In this document: piece after piece, positions 26,965-37,678 of the stretch
Layout of the letters: each line of letters begins with the position of its first letter
Numbering within the stretch: position 1 is the stretch's first letter
DNA from: an uncultured Nitrososphaerota archaeon
Lineage (GTDB): Archaea > Thermoproteota > EX4484-205 > JAAOZP01
Reading direction: 5' to 3'
Length of the DNA: 64,000 nt
NCBI GenBank assembly: GCA_964416155.1
Contig: CAYQCW010000001.1
Coordinates: 1-64,000, forward strand
Program-made: the position numbers and the translations under genes
The notes under the pieces: model-generated
Told to the model about the DNA's origin: nothing
The model's database searches: none
What the model saw: the letters and a program-made list of their open reading frames with translations, nothing else

Positions 26965-28029
26965 ATGAAAATAAGGTCTGTAACGCTTTTCGCAGCGTCT
27001 GGAGACGTGCGGAGCGTTAGGGAGCGCATCGCCAACTTGGGTTCAATGCTTTCATTCCACATAGAATCGATGTTTCTCTCGGAAAGCGTCTGGAGCACTA
27101 GGGTTGCACTTCCACCCCTAGGCGAGCAGGAGCCCCCTATGAAACGGGCCTCTCAGCTTCTGGATCTAAATGTTGTCAACTATGTTTCAATAGGACAGGT
27201 TGAGGATACGCACCCAGCTTTAGACGAGGCTGCGGAGGCTGCTGAAAACGGGCTCTACGTGTCGATAAACATGAGGAGCGTCGACAGAATTAAGAGCATC
27301 GAAAACGTTTTGAGGAAGGCGTGTGAAAAAAACCCTTCTAACGGAAGCCGTATATGCGTTAACATGGGTGAAAACATGGTTACGCCCTACTTTCCTTCAG
27401 CATGCAACCTGCACGGTGAAGAAGGATTGGCAATATCCCTACTTTATCCCAGCCTGCTTAGACACAAGCATTTAAGCCAGTTTCAAGACATTCTGGCCGA
27501 GGTTTACGCCTCCACCGAGAAGGTTGGGCTTAAGCTTTCCGAGAGGCTGGGGATTAACTACTACGGGATTGACGTCTCACTATCGCCGTGGATGGAGGAG
27601 AGCGTTGCAGAGATCGTTGAGTTTGCCTCAAGGGTTAAAATACCGCTTCCAGGAACCTTCAGCACAATCAGAGAGATAAACAGTCTGATTGGGAACACTG
27701 TTAAAACAGCCGGAATAAAGGCGACAGGCTATAACGAGGTCATGCTGCCGGTTGCAGAGGACAATGTTCTAAAGGAGAGAGTTGCACGAGGAGAAGTCAA
27801 GCTTAGGGATCTTGTACACTTGGCTTCAGCATGCGTCTCAGGGGTTGACATGGCTGTGGTTTCAGATAATGCTCCCAGCAGGATTGTAGAAGGGGTTTTG
27901 AAAGACCTTTTTGAAATAAGCATGTTGAAAAGCAAGTCAGCCGGATTGAGAATGATTTTCGCACCCGCAGAACCGGGGGAAACGGTTAAACTCAATTTCT
28001 TCGGATGGACACCGGTAATATCGCCCTAA
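26965..28029 (+). CDS. DUF711/UPF0210 family protein
   Basis: TPYFP, GIDVSLSP, GYNEVMLPVAED.VL, CVSGVD. Confidence 0.8.
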   Translation: MKIRSVTLFAASGDVRSVRERIANLGSMLSFHIESMFLSESVWSTRVALPPLGEQEPPMKRASQLLDLNVVNYVSIGQVEDTHPALDEAAEAAENGLYVSINMRSVDRIKSIENVLRKACEKNPSNGSRICVNMGENMVTPYFPSACNLHGEEGLAISLLYPSLLRHKHLSQFQDILAEVYASTEKVGLKLSERLGINYYGIDVSLSPWMEESVAEIVEFASRVKIPLPGTFSTIREINSLIGNTVKTAGIKATGYNEVMLPVAEDNVLKERVARGEVKLRDLVHLASACVSGVDMAVVSDNAPSRIVEGVLKDLFEISMLKSKSAGLRMIFAPAEPGETVKLNFFGWTPVISP

Positions 28030-28063
28030 AGCTTTATATTTCGAGCAGGAGTATCAAATCGGA

Positions 28064-28276
28064 ATGGGGGTAGTTCACAGACCGGATGATATTCTCAACA
28101 GGAGGAGGCGTGTGGAAATCGCTCTGAGAGACCTTAACCCTGGCGTTAGAGAACTAGTTCTAAACATTGTGAATTCTTGGAGAGGTGGAAAATCCATGGA
28201 GGATTTGAAGCGTGCCGTCGGTGAAGAAAAGGCTATTAAAATAGTTAAAGAGCTAAACCTGCCTGAAGACCAGTAG
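28064..28276 (+). CDS. Small hypothetical protein
   Basis: 70-aa ATG ORF about 25 nt downstream of a TTTATA box. Confidence 0.6.
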   Translation: MGVVHRPDDILNRRRRVEIALRDLNPGVRELVLNIVNSWRGGKSMEDLKRAVGEEKAIKIVKELNLPEDQ

Positions 28277-28311
28277 GCGGCGATAAACCCGGTGGGAGGG
28301 TTAACGCTTAT

Positions 28312-28584
28312 CTATGGCCATACCTCCTCCCAGAAAGTAACATAGTAGCCTCCTTCGCAGCTTGCAACCCATCTTCCGAAGGGAGCCCATTTCACGTCAT
28401 AGTCGCAAACAAGAGTGTATACTCTTGTTCCATTCGGCAATGTTACCCAACCCATTGTCCCGTCTTTATGCGCTTTCTCACGGAACACCATGTCGTGAAC
28501 CTCCTTATCGTCTAGCCAAGGTGCCCAAGCAAAAACAACTAGTGAAAAAACAAGAATGATGAGAGTGGCGCCACGGGCTTTCAC
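28312..28584 (-). CDS. Small exported/membrane-anchored hypothetical protein
   Basis: N-terminal hydrophobic helix, WAPW, two Cys, YYVTFW. Confidence 0.6.
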   Translation of the reverse strand: MKARGATLIILVFSLVVFAWAPWLDDKEVHDMVFREKAHKDGTMGWVTLPNGTRVYTLVCDYDVKWAPFGRWVASCEGGYYVTFWEEVWP

Positions 28585-28671
28585 ACCTTCTTACTATTCT
28601 CCAATCTTATAAATTTTAAGGGGCTCCTCCAATGGCTTATTCAGTTAGTTGAACATTTTTCCTAGGAATTG

Positions 28672-30195
28672 CTAACCGAGAAAATTTCCTTTAAGCGTCG
28701 ATTTTTCAGCTATGGAGCAGAAACGGGTGTAAGCATCCTCAACCGAGTCTTCATGCTCCGGCTCGAATTCTCTAAAGTCAAACGAGTTTCCAACTATCCG
28801 CCTTATATCCTTATGGGATTTAACGAAGCCCATTGCGTATGCTTGCATGAGAATGTTGCCGATGGAGGTTGCCTCCACAGGCCCGGCGATCACTCTAATG
28901 TCAGCGAAGTCTGCAGTAAGCTGGTTTAGCAGCCAGTTTCTAGAACCGCCTCCGATGATGTTAACTCGGTTTATTTTTCTACCGGTCAACTCCATTATCC
29001 TTTCCAAAACAAGCCTGTATTTGAAGGCCAGGCTTTCAAGAATTATTCTAACCAGCTCACCCTCATCCCTCGGTTTCTCCTGGTTAGTCTCGTCTAAGTA
29101 GCACATTATCTCCTCAACCATGTTTGTCGGAGCCATGAACCTTCCGTCATCAGGATCGATGAAAGCTATGAACCTTCTCGACCTGCTTGCAAGACGAGTT
29201 AGCTCGTCGTAAGAGTATTCCTTGCCTTGGCTAACCCAGTTTCTCCTGCATTCTTGAACCAGCCACATTCCTTGAACGTTTCGCAGAAACCTGAATTTCC
29301 CGAAAACACCCCCTTCATTAGTAAAGTTGTACTCTAATGCTTTCCAGCTTATAATCGGTCTGTCTACTTCAACGCCCACCAGCGACCAGGTTCCGGAGCT
29401 TATGTATGCTGAGCCCACGTCCTCGAGAAGCGCCGCCGCGACAGCGGAAGCAGTGTCATGGCAGGCGGGGGCTACGATTGAAACCCTGCTGTCGAGTTTA
29501 AGCTCTTCAGCAAGGCTTGCAGAAATCCCCCCGAGAACGGTTCCAGGCTTAACTATCTCCGGTAGAAAGTTTGTTGGAATCTCTAATTTCTCTAGAAGCT
29601 CATAGTCCCAGTTGTTCTTAGACGGATTGAAGAACTGGGTGGTCGTGGCGTCTGAAAACTCCGAAACCTTTACGCCTGACAGCCAGTAGTTGAACAGGTC
29701 CGGCATCATCAGGAATTTGCTCGCAGCGTTGAGTATTGAAGACCGGTTTAAGACTAGCGAATACAGCTGGTAAAGGGTGTTCAACCTGAGAAACTGGATT
29801 CCCGTTCTGAAATAGACCTCTTCTCGCGAAACCCTCTTAAAGACCTCTTCAAAGGCGCGTTCCGTCCTAGGATCCCTATAGTGGTGTGGGTTTCCGAGAA
29901 GCTCGCCACTGCTGTCGAGAAGCGCGAAGTCTACGCCCCAAGTGTCTACGCCGATGGACTCCAAGTTTCCACTCAGCCTGGAGCTGGCGAGTGAAGCAGC
30001 ATTCTTCATCTCACACCATATTCTTAATGCATCCCAGAATACGCTGCTCCCTACTTTCACCGGTACGTTTGGAAACCTGTATACTTCATCCACCTTTATT
30101 TTATTCTCAACAAGTGTTCCGATTAAGGCTCTGCCGCTTTCTGCCCCAAGGTCAAAGGCTAGGAAAGCAGGGCTCCCCATGAGTCTTAAAAACAT
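28672..30195 (-). CDS. rhaB: Rhamnulokinase (FGGY family)
   Basis: LAFDLGAESGR, GVDTWGVD, YRDPRT, HDTASAV, YISSGTWSL.G, FTNEGG, GPVEAT..GN. Confidence 0.9.
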   Translation of the reverse strand: MFLRLMGSPAFLAFDLGAESGRALIGTLVENKIKVDEVYRFPNVPVKVGSSVFWDALRIWCEMKNAASLASSRLSGNLESIGVDTWGVDFALLDSSGELLGNPHHYRDPRTERAFEEVFKRVSREEVYFRTGIQFLRLNTLYQLYSLVLNRSSILNAASKFLMMPDLFNYWLSGVKVSEFSDATTTQFFNPSKNNWDYELLEKLEIPTNFLPEIVKPGTVLGGISASLAEELKLDSRVSIVAPACHDTASAVAAALLEDVGSAYISSGTWSLVGVEVDRPIISWKALEYNFTNEGGVFGKFRFLRNVQGMWLVQECRRNWVSQGKEYSYDELTRLASRSRRFIAFIDPDDGRFMAPTNMVEEIMCYLDETNQEKPRDEGELVRIILESLAFKYRLVLERIMELTGRKINRVNIIGGGSRNWLLNQLTADFADIRVIAGPVEATSIGNILMQAYAMGFVKSHKDIRRIVGNSFDFREFEPEHEDSVEDAYTRFCSIAEKSTLKGNFLG

Positions 30196-30223
30196 AGTTA
30201 ATTTTTAAGCTTTTTCCCCCAGC

Positions 30224-31147
30224 TTAAAATTTAAGCTCTTTCGAGGCGCCTACAAGGTTTCTAAGAATCAGAAGAGCCGAGTCGCGTTCAGTCTTACGCA
30301 GTCCGCAATCAGGGTGAATGTAAGCCACGTTTTCAACACTGATTTTAGAAACAGCCCTCCTTATTATCTCCACAGCGGCTTCAGGAGCAGTGAGATCATC
30401 CTTCGACAAGACGTTTACCCTCATACACCCCACCCCGATTTTTTTAGAATTATTCTCGAAAACGCTTCTAGACAGAAGATCTATGTTTCCCGGCGTGCCC
30501 GCGAACTCTAAGCTAAGGACGCCAACATTTTTCAACACGCTTAGAGATTCCACTGTTTTCAGATTCAGTTTTCCACACACATGTATGCTTGTTAGACTCG
30601 GCTCTAATCCTTCAGCCGCAATTTCAATGGGCTCACGTATCCTTTCTGGATCTAGGAAACCCGCGCTCACCCCCGGCTCATCAATCTGGATTAGACAATC
30701 ACAGGATTGAATAAGCCTCGCTATTCGGTTTACGACGAGTGCAACATCATTATAGAGCTCCATGTTCCTAACGTTGCCGTAGGGGCCGGCGTTCCTTAGG
30801 GCTGCTGAAAAACCGAAGGTTACTGGACCACTTACCCCTATCTTTAACCTGTTCGAATAGCCTTTTTCAGCAATATGTTTTCTAGCTTCAAGGCAATCTA
30901 CAATCTTGAAAGACTCCTGCATATTTTCAACAGGCCTTATTCTACCCATTATGGAGATTTTTTCACCATCCACTTTCAAACCTTGCATCGAGTTTGAAAG
31001 ATAGTTAAGCATATCTGTTCTCTGTTCCCCGTCTGAAACAATGTCGATACCCGTCTCAACCTGCAGGTCGACGGCGAGCCGGATCGCCTTTTTAAGATCC
31101 TCATGAAGCCTTGGAAGGCTTCCAATAACTGTTGTGATTAAACGCAT
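30224..31147 (-). CDS. Core (single-barrel) MetE-like methionine synthase
   Basis: TTVIGSLP, SDGEQR, IQIDEP, Zn ligands HVC, E and PDCGL; 307 aa. Confidence 0.8.
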   Translation of the reverse strand: MRLITTVIGSLPRLHEDLKKAIRLAVDLQVETGIDIVSDGEQRTDMLNYLSNSMQGLKVDGEKISIMGRIRPVENMQESFKIVDCLEARKHIAEKGYSNRLKIGVSGPVTFGFSAALRNAGPYGNVRNMELYNDVALVVNRIARLIQSCDCLIQIDEPGVSAGFLDPERIREPIEIAAEGLEPSLTSIHVCGKLNLKTVESLSVLKNVGVLSLEFAGTPGNIDLLSRSVFENNSKKIGVGCMRVNVLSKDDLTAPEAAVEIIRRAVSKISVENVAYIHPDCGLRKTERDSALLILRNLVGASKELKF

Positions 31148-31229
31148 AAAAAGTTGTTGAAAATACGCTTCTTTTAAGTGTTTTCCTGATTCCCGGCGAT
31201 CTTATGCTGGAAGGATTAGGGCTTCCAGC

Positions 31230-31798
31230 AGGCTTAATGAAGCTTGAAGACGCAGGAATAGGATCAGGGTGAACTGTGATCATGTGCCTCCCCTTGTCTC
31301 CCTCTATTAGGCCTTTAGCCAGCTCACGAACTATGGGTACGAATTCCTGCTTGGCTTGCGGATACATTGTCCATATGATGTTAGGCTCATTCCGGTAGCG
31401 GCTGGCGATCCATTCCGCGTATTTTCTAGCATTATCCATGTTGATATGCGAAGTCTGCAACTGGTGAAAAACACCTAGGACGAATATCAGCCCGATCTCT
31501 CGGTTGATTCGTATTATTGAATCGACGCTCTCAAAATACTGCTCATTCGGTCAGAAGGATTATTGTTCAGCCAAGGCGTTTGTCCCGTAAGATTTGGTTT
31601 AGTTCCATCCCCGACTCCAGTAAGCATTACTTGAACGATGCTGAAACCTTTGTTTTTCCTATTCTCTAGAATTGCTCCAGCCTCTTTAAGAGTAAAAAGA
31701 CGGAAAAGCTCCCACTCCGTATCGCCTAGCCAAAAGAATGGGTTTCCGTCACGGCCCACAAAATAATGAGCATCCGGACCTACGCTAATGGTTTCCAT
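31230..31798 (-). pseudogene. DUF4038/apiosidase-like glycoside hydrolase fragment, frameshifted and 3'-truncated
   Basis: DGNPFFWLGDTEW...RKNKGFSIVQV, then a frameshift near 31550, then NARKYAEWIASRY..EPNIIW...ITVHP; similarity ends near 31230. Confidence 0.8.
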
Positions 31799-31846
31799 TG
31801 CTTTTATCTGGAAACAAGGACATATTAAGTTTCCTAAAAGGGTTAC

Positions 31847-32911
31847 TCAAAACTTTCCGTCAACAACATCGAAATGAGTCGGCTTATTAAACGCGCATCC
31901 TCCTATTAGAACCCAGTGCGCCACCCATTTTATCATTTGCTCCAGCGTGACTGTTGGGCGGCCGAATACTCTGAAGCATTTTGAAGTGTTGCTTAACAGG
32001 GCAGTTTCCATCTCCCTGTTCTTGAAAACAGGCTTCTTGTCAAAGAGTCTTCCAAACTGCTCCGCTAACCATCTGACTGAAATAGTTTCAGGGCCAGTCA
32101 CATTTATTATTTCTGGAGGCGACTTGCAGAGCTTCAGGGATTGAACCGCTATGTTGTTAACATCTCCCTGCCAGATAACATTAACGTAACCCATTTTCAA
32201 GTCTACTGGGGAACCGTGGAACACTTTTTGAGCCACATCGAGCAAAACGCCGTATCTTAATTCCACCGCGTAATTCAGCCTTAAAAACACGATTTTAGTG
32301 CTATATCTCCTGGAAAAATATTCGAAGATTCTTTCACGTCCTAGGCAGGATTGAGCATATTCTCCCACCGGATTAGGAATGGCCGATTCATCAGCACCTC
32401 CCGAGGATACTGGAACTAGAGGATAGACATTTCCAGTGGAGAAGACCGTTATCCTGGAATTTCTGAATTTCTTCGAAACAATCGTTGGAAGGCAAGTATT
32501 AATGGCCCATGTTAATGAGCTGTCTTCCTCCGTGCCGAATTTCCTGCCCACCATATAGATCACGTTTTGGGCGTCTGGAAGATTTTCCACAGCATCCTCA
32601 TCCATTAAATCGCAAGAAACGGTTTCTATGCCAGCCTCATTCAGTTTTCCTCTTAATCCTGGATTTGAGAACCTCGATGCGCCGATAACGCTCTTTTCCA
32701 GACGAGCATCATCTATGGCTCTTTTTACAAGCCTTGCTAACGTCGGTCCTATCTTTCCTGAAACACCGAGGATCAAAACGTCCCCATCAAGTTCCGAAAG
32801 AACCTTAGCGGCTTTAGGCGATGGCCTAGACAATAATTCTTCGAGTTCATCCTCACTCCTTATAAGCTCTGGAAAGGGTTCATGCTCCTCCAAGCGGTCA
32901 CTACCAACCAT
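31847..32911 (-). CDS. NAD-dependent epimerase/dehydratase (extended SDR)
   Basis: LILGVSGKIGP, GRKFG, FSTGNVY, GEYAQSCLGRER, RLNYA. Confidence 0.85.
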   Translation of the reverse strand: MVGSDRLEEHEPFPELIRSEDELEELLSRPSPKAAKVLSELDGDVLILGVSGKIGPTLARLVKRAIDDARLEKSVIGASRFSNPGLRGKLNEAGIETVSCDLMDEDAVENLPDAQNVIYMVGRKFGTEEDSSLTWAINTCLPTIVSKKFRNSRITVFSTGNVYPLVPVSSGGADESAIPNPVGEYAQSCLGRERIFEYFSRRYSTKIVFLRLNYAVELRYGVLLDVAQKVFHGSPVDLKMGYVNVIWQGDVNNIAVQSLKLCKSPPEIINVTGPETISVRWLAEQFGRLFDKKPVFKNREMETALLSNTSKCFRVFGRPTVTLEQMIKWVAHWVLIGGCAFNKPTHFDVVDGKF

Positions 32912-32975
32912 TCTACCCAGAACTCATCATATCCCAGTGTCAGATATAAATGATGCGTTTCCCTAAAACCAAGTC

Positions 32976-34916
32976 ATGCGTCAACGAATAAGGAAAGTTT
33001 TAAAATATGGAGAGCGTTTAAAGAAAGCAGTGTTGGTAACCTACGTGGTAGATACCTCTAAAAGCCCGTATGCAAAGCTACGACCAGTACCCATTGAGAA
33101 CGTGGTTTTGAAGGAAGGTTTCTGGGCAGAGCGTATGAAAAAGCTTGAAGAAGTGACCATTCCCTCTCAATACGAACTTCTTGAAAGCACTGGTAGACTT
33201 TTCAATTTCAGAAGGGCAGCGAGAAAAGAGGCTGGTGGTTTTCAAGGATTAGTGTTTAACGATTCAGATGTTTACAAGTGGGTTGAGGCCGTCGGCTTCC
33301 TATTAGCTTCAGGCTTCGACGAGAAGCTTCACAGCCTGGTTGAGAAAGTTGTGAATGACATATATGCAGCTCAAGATGACGACGGTTACCTGAATACTTT
33401 CTTCACGTTTGAGAACAAGGCTCAACGCTGGACGAATCTCAGGGTTATGCACGAGCTGTATTGTGCTGGGCACCTGATTCAGGCTGCTGTCGCCCTGCGC
33501 AGAGCCACTGGCGACGAGAAGCTTTTCAACGCGGCAGTGCGTTTCGCAAACCATATATTGAGGGTCTTCGGGCCAGACGGGAGGCCTGGGACACCTGGAC
33601 ACCCCGAGATAGAGATGGCCATGGTTGAGCTGTACAGGGAGACTGGGGACTACAGATACTTGAACATGGCTAAAACATTCATAGATAATCGTGGAAAGGG
33701 AATCCTAGGCGGTGATGTCAACCTGATTGACCATAAGCCTTTCAGGCAGCTCGACGAGATCGTTGGGCACGCCGTAAGGTCGCTTTACTTGAATTGTGGT
33801 GCGACAGACCTGTACATGGAGACGGGGGAAAGGGAGATATGGAACGTTTTAGAAAAACTCTGGAGCAACATGGTTAAGTGTAAAATGTACGTTACGGGTG
33901 GGGTTGGCTCCTGTTACGATGGGGAAGCCTTCGGCTTCAACTATGAGCTGCCGAATGTTCAAGCATACGCTGAGACCTGTGCGGCAATAGCGAGCTTCAT
34001 GTGGAACTGGAGAATGTTTCTCGCAAGCGGAGAGGCAAGGTTCGTCGACGTGATGGAGCTTGCTCTTTACAATGGTATTTTAGCAGGAGTCTCGCTCGAC
34101 GGCAAAGAGTATTTCTACGTGAACCCGCTTGCAGACCGCGGTAAACACAGGCGGAGGAAATGGTTTGAATGCGCCTGTTGCCCGCCGAACGTGGCTAGGT
34201 TCATAGCCAGTCTCCCCGGCTACTTCTACAGTGTTTCTGAAGACGGCATCTGGGTGAACCTGTATGACGAGAATGTTGCCAACCTAGAGTTTGAAGGAAA
34301 TTTAATAAGGATCGTTCAAAATACTAATTATCCTTGGGATGGTAGGGTTGAAATAACCCTCAGCCTACAGCATGAGCACGCTTTCTCCATATATCTTCGA
34401 ATACCTGGTTGGAGCGGGAAGACGGAGGTAAGCTTAAACGGGTTGAAGATTGACGGGAACATTGAGCCAGGATACTACTACAGGCTTTGCAGAACCTGGA
34501 GAGACGGTGACAGAGTAGAGTTATCTTTTAAAATGGAGGTTAGGAAAATATTTTGCAACCCGCTTGTCTACGAGAACCTGGGTAGAGTGGCTTTAAGCAG
34601 GGGGCCCATAGTATACTGTCTAGAAGGGGTTGACAACGCTGGATTCGACGTCTGGGATCTTTTAATTACTGAGGATGCGGCGCTTCAGGCACAGTGGGCC
34701 CCAGACATGTTTGACGGGGTTATGGTGATAAGGGGAGAGGGATACGTGGCCGACTCGGATTGGAGCCAGGATCGCCTGTACCAGGCTTCAAAACCGGATG
34801 GCACGCGTAAAACAGGGTTTTTAGCAGTACCATACTATGCTTGGGCTAACCGTGAACCTTGCCCAATGAGCGTCTGGATCAGGCTAGTGCCAAAGCTCGG
34901 TAGTTTTGAAGGATGA
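32976..34916 (+). CDS. Glycoside hydrolase family 127 (beta-L-arabinofuranosidase-like)
   Basis: FNDSDVYKW.EA, HELYCAGH, GHPEIE, GHAVR, YAETCA, CACCPPN, PYYAWANR. True start probably near 33033. Confidence 0.95.
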   Translation: MRQRIRKVLKYGERLKKAVLVTYVVDTSKSPYAKLRPVPIENVVLKEGFWAERMKKLEEVTIPSQYELLESTGRLFNFRRAARKEAGGFQGLVFNDSDVYKWVEAVGFLLASGFDEKLHSLVEKVVNDIYAAQDDDGYLNTFFTFENKAQRWTNLRVMHELYCAGHLIQAAVALRRATGDEKLFNAAVRFANHILRVFGPDGRPGTPGHPEIEMAMVELYRETGDYRYLNMAKTFIDNRGKGILGGDVNLIDHKPFRQLDEIVGHAVRSLYLNCGATDLYMETGEREIWNVLEKLWSNMVKCKMYVTGGVGSCYDGEAFGFNYELPNVQAYAETCAAIASFMWNWRMFLASGEARFVDVMELALYNGILAGVSLDGKEYFYVNPLADRGKHRRRKWFECACCPPNVARFIASLPGYFYSVSEDGIWVNLYDENVANLEFEGNLIRIVQNTNYPWDGRVEITLSLQHEHAFSIYLRIPGWSGKTEVSLNGLKIDGNIEPGYYYRLCRTWRDGDRVELSFKMEVRKIFCNPLVYENLGRVALSRGPIVYCLEGVDNAGFDVWDLLITEDAALQAQWAPDMFDGVMVIRGEGYVADSDWSQDRLYQASKPDGTRKTGFLAVPYYAWANREPCPMSVWIRLVPKLGSFEG

Positions 34917-34984
34917 CGCGCACCCTCTGGGAACAGGGCCCAGGGTTTGAGACTATCTTTTTATAAGACGGGGGAGAGGTAGTA

Positions 34985-37642
34985 GTGGAAATGCCCATGA
35001 GGGTTCACGTGGTTTCCCATACTCATTGGGACCGGGAATGGTACTTGTCCTTCCAGGAATACAGGGCTAGGCTGGTGAGGGTGATGGAAAAGACGTTGAA
35101 TCTTCTTGATGAAAACCCGGAGTTTAAAAGCTTCATGCTCGACGGTCAGGCCAGTATTCTCGAAGACTATTTAGAGGCTAGGCCTGAGGACGAGCAGAGG
35201 ATTAGGCGTCTCATCTCCTCGGGGAGGCTGAAAACGGGGCCATGGTTCACCCAGCCTGATGAAGCCCTGGTCAGCCCTGAAGCATTAGTCAGGAACCTCC
35301 TAATCGGGTGTAGGCTGTCTCTAAGCTTCGGAGGCCTTATGAAAGCAGGATATCTTCCAGATACCTTTTGCCATGTTCCGCAGATCCCCCAGATACTCCG
35401 CGGCTTCGGAATAGACAGCTTCGTCTTCACAAGAGGAATGGGGGACGAGGGAGAGAAGCTTAAGACAGAGTTCCTCTACAGAGGGCCGGATGGTAGCGAG
35501 GTTATTGCTATCCACCTTCTCACAGGGTATTGTAACGTGAACATGCTGGGCGTCTCCAGACCATGGGATGCTTACTACTGGCGGTCTCCACTCGGCTGGG
35601 GCACGATTCACCAGAAGATTTACGAGGAAGAGCCTGAGCCTGACCTCGAGGCTACTAGGCGGAGGGTTGTTAGCGTTGTAAACAGGCTTAAGCCGCTTAG
35701 CGTGAGCGGCAGCATCCTGCTTATGAACGGGTGTGACCACATGCCGCCGCAATCAAGCATAACGAGGATAATAGGTTTTCTAAACGAGGTGGAAAAAGAT
35801 ATTGTGGCTGAGCATTCAGACATTGAGAATTATTTAGAAGAGGTTAGGAGGCACTTGTCGAGCCTGCAGGTTTTCGAGGGAGAGCTTAGGGGTGCACGCT
35901 TCTTCCCAACGCTGGCAGGCGTATACTCGACACGCATCTATCTCAAGCAGCTGAACTTCAAGGCTCAGGCTGAGCTGGAGCAGTATGCTGAACCACTATC
36001 CATTTTCGCCAAGATCCTTACAGGGGCAGCCTATCCCGACGGGCTCTTAAACAGGCTGTGGAAGAGCCTGCTACTGAACCATGCGCATGACAGTATCTAC
36101 GGCAGTGGGGTGGACCATGTGCACAACGAGAACGAAGCCAGGTTCGTCAGCGTCATACAGGGTGCTTCAAGCCTGGCGCTTCAAGCAGCGTCAACAGTGG
36201 CGAGGCTGGTTTCAAGGCCTAGGGCGGACTCGCTAGCGGAAATAGTTGTCTTCAACACGCTCAACTGGCCGAGGTCTGAACCAGTCTCAGTGGTTGTGCC
36301 ATTGCCCCTAGACAATTATGTGGTTCACGATGGGGATCATGAGGTTCCCACACACGTGTCCCAGCCTCCTGAGGACGCGTCTACCTGGGGGGCTGCGTGT
36401 ACAGTCGAGTTCACCGCAAGCCTCCCACCCTTGGGCTACAGGGTTTACTCCCTGGTCAAGGGTGAGCCATTAGCCTGCGAGGAGCTTGAGACAGGTGATT
36501 TTTACGTTGAAAACTCGCTCATAAGGGTTGAAGCAGACCCTGAAAAAGGAGGCGTGCTGAGGATTGTTGAGAAGGATACGGGCAGAATTCTAGAGGGCAT
36601 TAACTTCATGGACGAGGGTGACGCTGGGGACGAGTATAATTTCTCGCCTCCAGTTGAGCATAACCCGGTCTTCTCAAGCCTAGAAACGCAGGCTCAGGTT
36701 GAGACGCGCAACCTTGGGACGAGGGCGTTAATGAGAATCAGTCTTAAGATACTGATACCTGCCCGCCTAGAGGGTCAGCGGAGAAGCGTTGAAAAAGTCG
36801 AGATGCCTGTTTCAACAGAGGTTTCAATAATACCTGGCTCGAGGAGGATTGACTTCAAGACCGAGGTCGACAACAGGGCGATGGACCACAGGCTTAGAGT
36901 AGCATTCCAAACAGACATAGAGGCTGAAAAGTCTTACGCTGACTATCACTACCAGGTTATTGAGAGACCAGTTGAGCCTGCTAGCAGCGGGGAGAACTGG
37001 GTGGAAAACCCACCGACGGCTCATCCTCAGCTCCAATGGGTTAACGTTAACGACGACTTGAAAGGCTTCACGGTGGCTAACAGGGGGATTCCAGAATACG
37101 AGGTTAGGAGGAGCCGGGGAGGAGCAATAGTTTACCTTACGCTTCTCAGGGCTGTGGGCTGGCTTTCAAGAAGCGACCTGGCTACGAGAAGGGGCCCCGC
37201 TGGCCCGGGTCTCCCTACTCTGGGAGCCCAGTGCCTTAGGAGAATGGTTTTCGAATACTCCGTAATACTTCACGAAGACAGCTGGCTCGGTTCGAAAGCA
37301 TACGTGCAGGCCAGGGGTTTCGCATACCCGCCTCTCAGTATTCCGGTTTTAAACCCTGAGGGGAGAATGCCGATGCGGTTGAGCCTTATGAAGGTTGAGC
37401 CTGAGAAACTCGTCGCCACCGCAGTCAAGAAGTGGGAAGACGGGGATGGGCTCGTATTAAGGTTCTACAACATGAGTGGTGAAACTTTAACCGGCAGTGT
37501 TGAAACATCGTTCCCATTCTCAGAGGCTTGGAAAACAAACCTTAACGAGCAGCCGGTTACGAGGGTTGAAAATTTTGAGAACAAGGTGTTGCTTAATGCT
37601 GGGCCCTGGGAAATAGTGACGTTGCTTTTAAAAACAGGTTGA
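34985..37642 (+). CDS. Glycoside hydrolase family 38 alpha-mannosidase-like (MngB-like)
   Basis: SHTHWDREWY, LDGQ, GPWF.QPDE, YLPDTFCH, NGCDH, HDSI.G. Confidence 0.95.
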   Translation: MEMPMRVHVVSHTHWDREWYLSFQEYRARLVRVMEKTLNLLDENPEFKSFMLDGQASILEDYLEARPEDEQRIRRLISSGRLKTGPWFTQPDEALVSPEALVRNLLIGCRLSLSFGGLMKAGYLPDTFCHVPQIPQILRGFGIDSFVFTRGMGDEGEKLKTEFLYRGPDGSEVIAIHLLTGYCNVNMLGVSRPWDAYYWRSPLGWGTIHQKIYEEEPEPDLEATRRRVVSVVNRLKPLSVSGSILLMNGCDHMPPQSSITRIIGFLNEVEKDIVAEHSDIENYLEEVRRHLSSLQVFEGELRGARFFPTLAGVYSTRIYLKQLNFKAQAELEQYAEPLSIFAKILTGAAYPDGLLNRLWKSLLLNHAHDSIYGSGVDHVHNENEARFVSVIQGASSLALQAASTVARLVSRPRADSLAEIVVFNTLNWPRSEPVSVVVPLPLDNYVVHDGDHEVPTHVSQPPEDASTWGAACTVEFTASLPPLGYRVYSLVKGEPLACEELETGDFYVENSLIRVEADPEKGGVLRIVEKDTGRILEGINFMDEGDAGDEYNFSPPVEHNPVFSSLETQAQVETRNLGTRALMRISLKILIPARLEGQRRSVEKVEMPVSTEVSIIPGSRRIDFKTEVDNRAMDHRLRVAFQTDIEAEKSYADYHYQVIERPVEPASSGENWVENPPTAHPQLQWVNVNDDLKGFTVANRGIPEYEVRRSRGGAIVYLTLLRAVGWLSRSDLATRRGPAGPGLPTLGAQCLRRMVFEYSVILHEDSWLGSKAYVQARGFAYPPLSIPVLNPEGRMPMRLSLMKVEPEKLVATAVKKWEDGDGLVLRFYNMSGETLTGSVETSFPFSEAWKTNLNEQPVTRVENFENKVLLNAGPWEIVTLLLKTG

Positions 37643-37678
37643 AAGACAGCCGGCGGATAAGCGTGTAAAACGGTTTTG

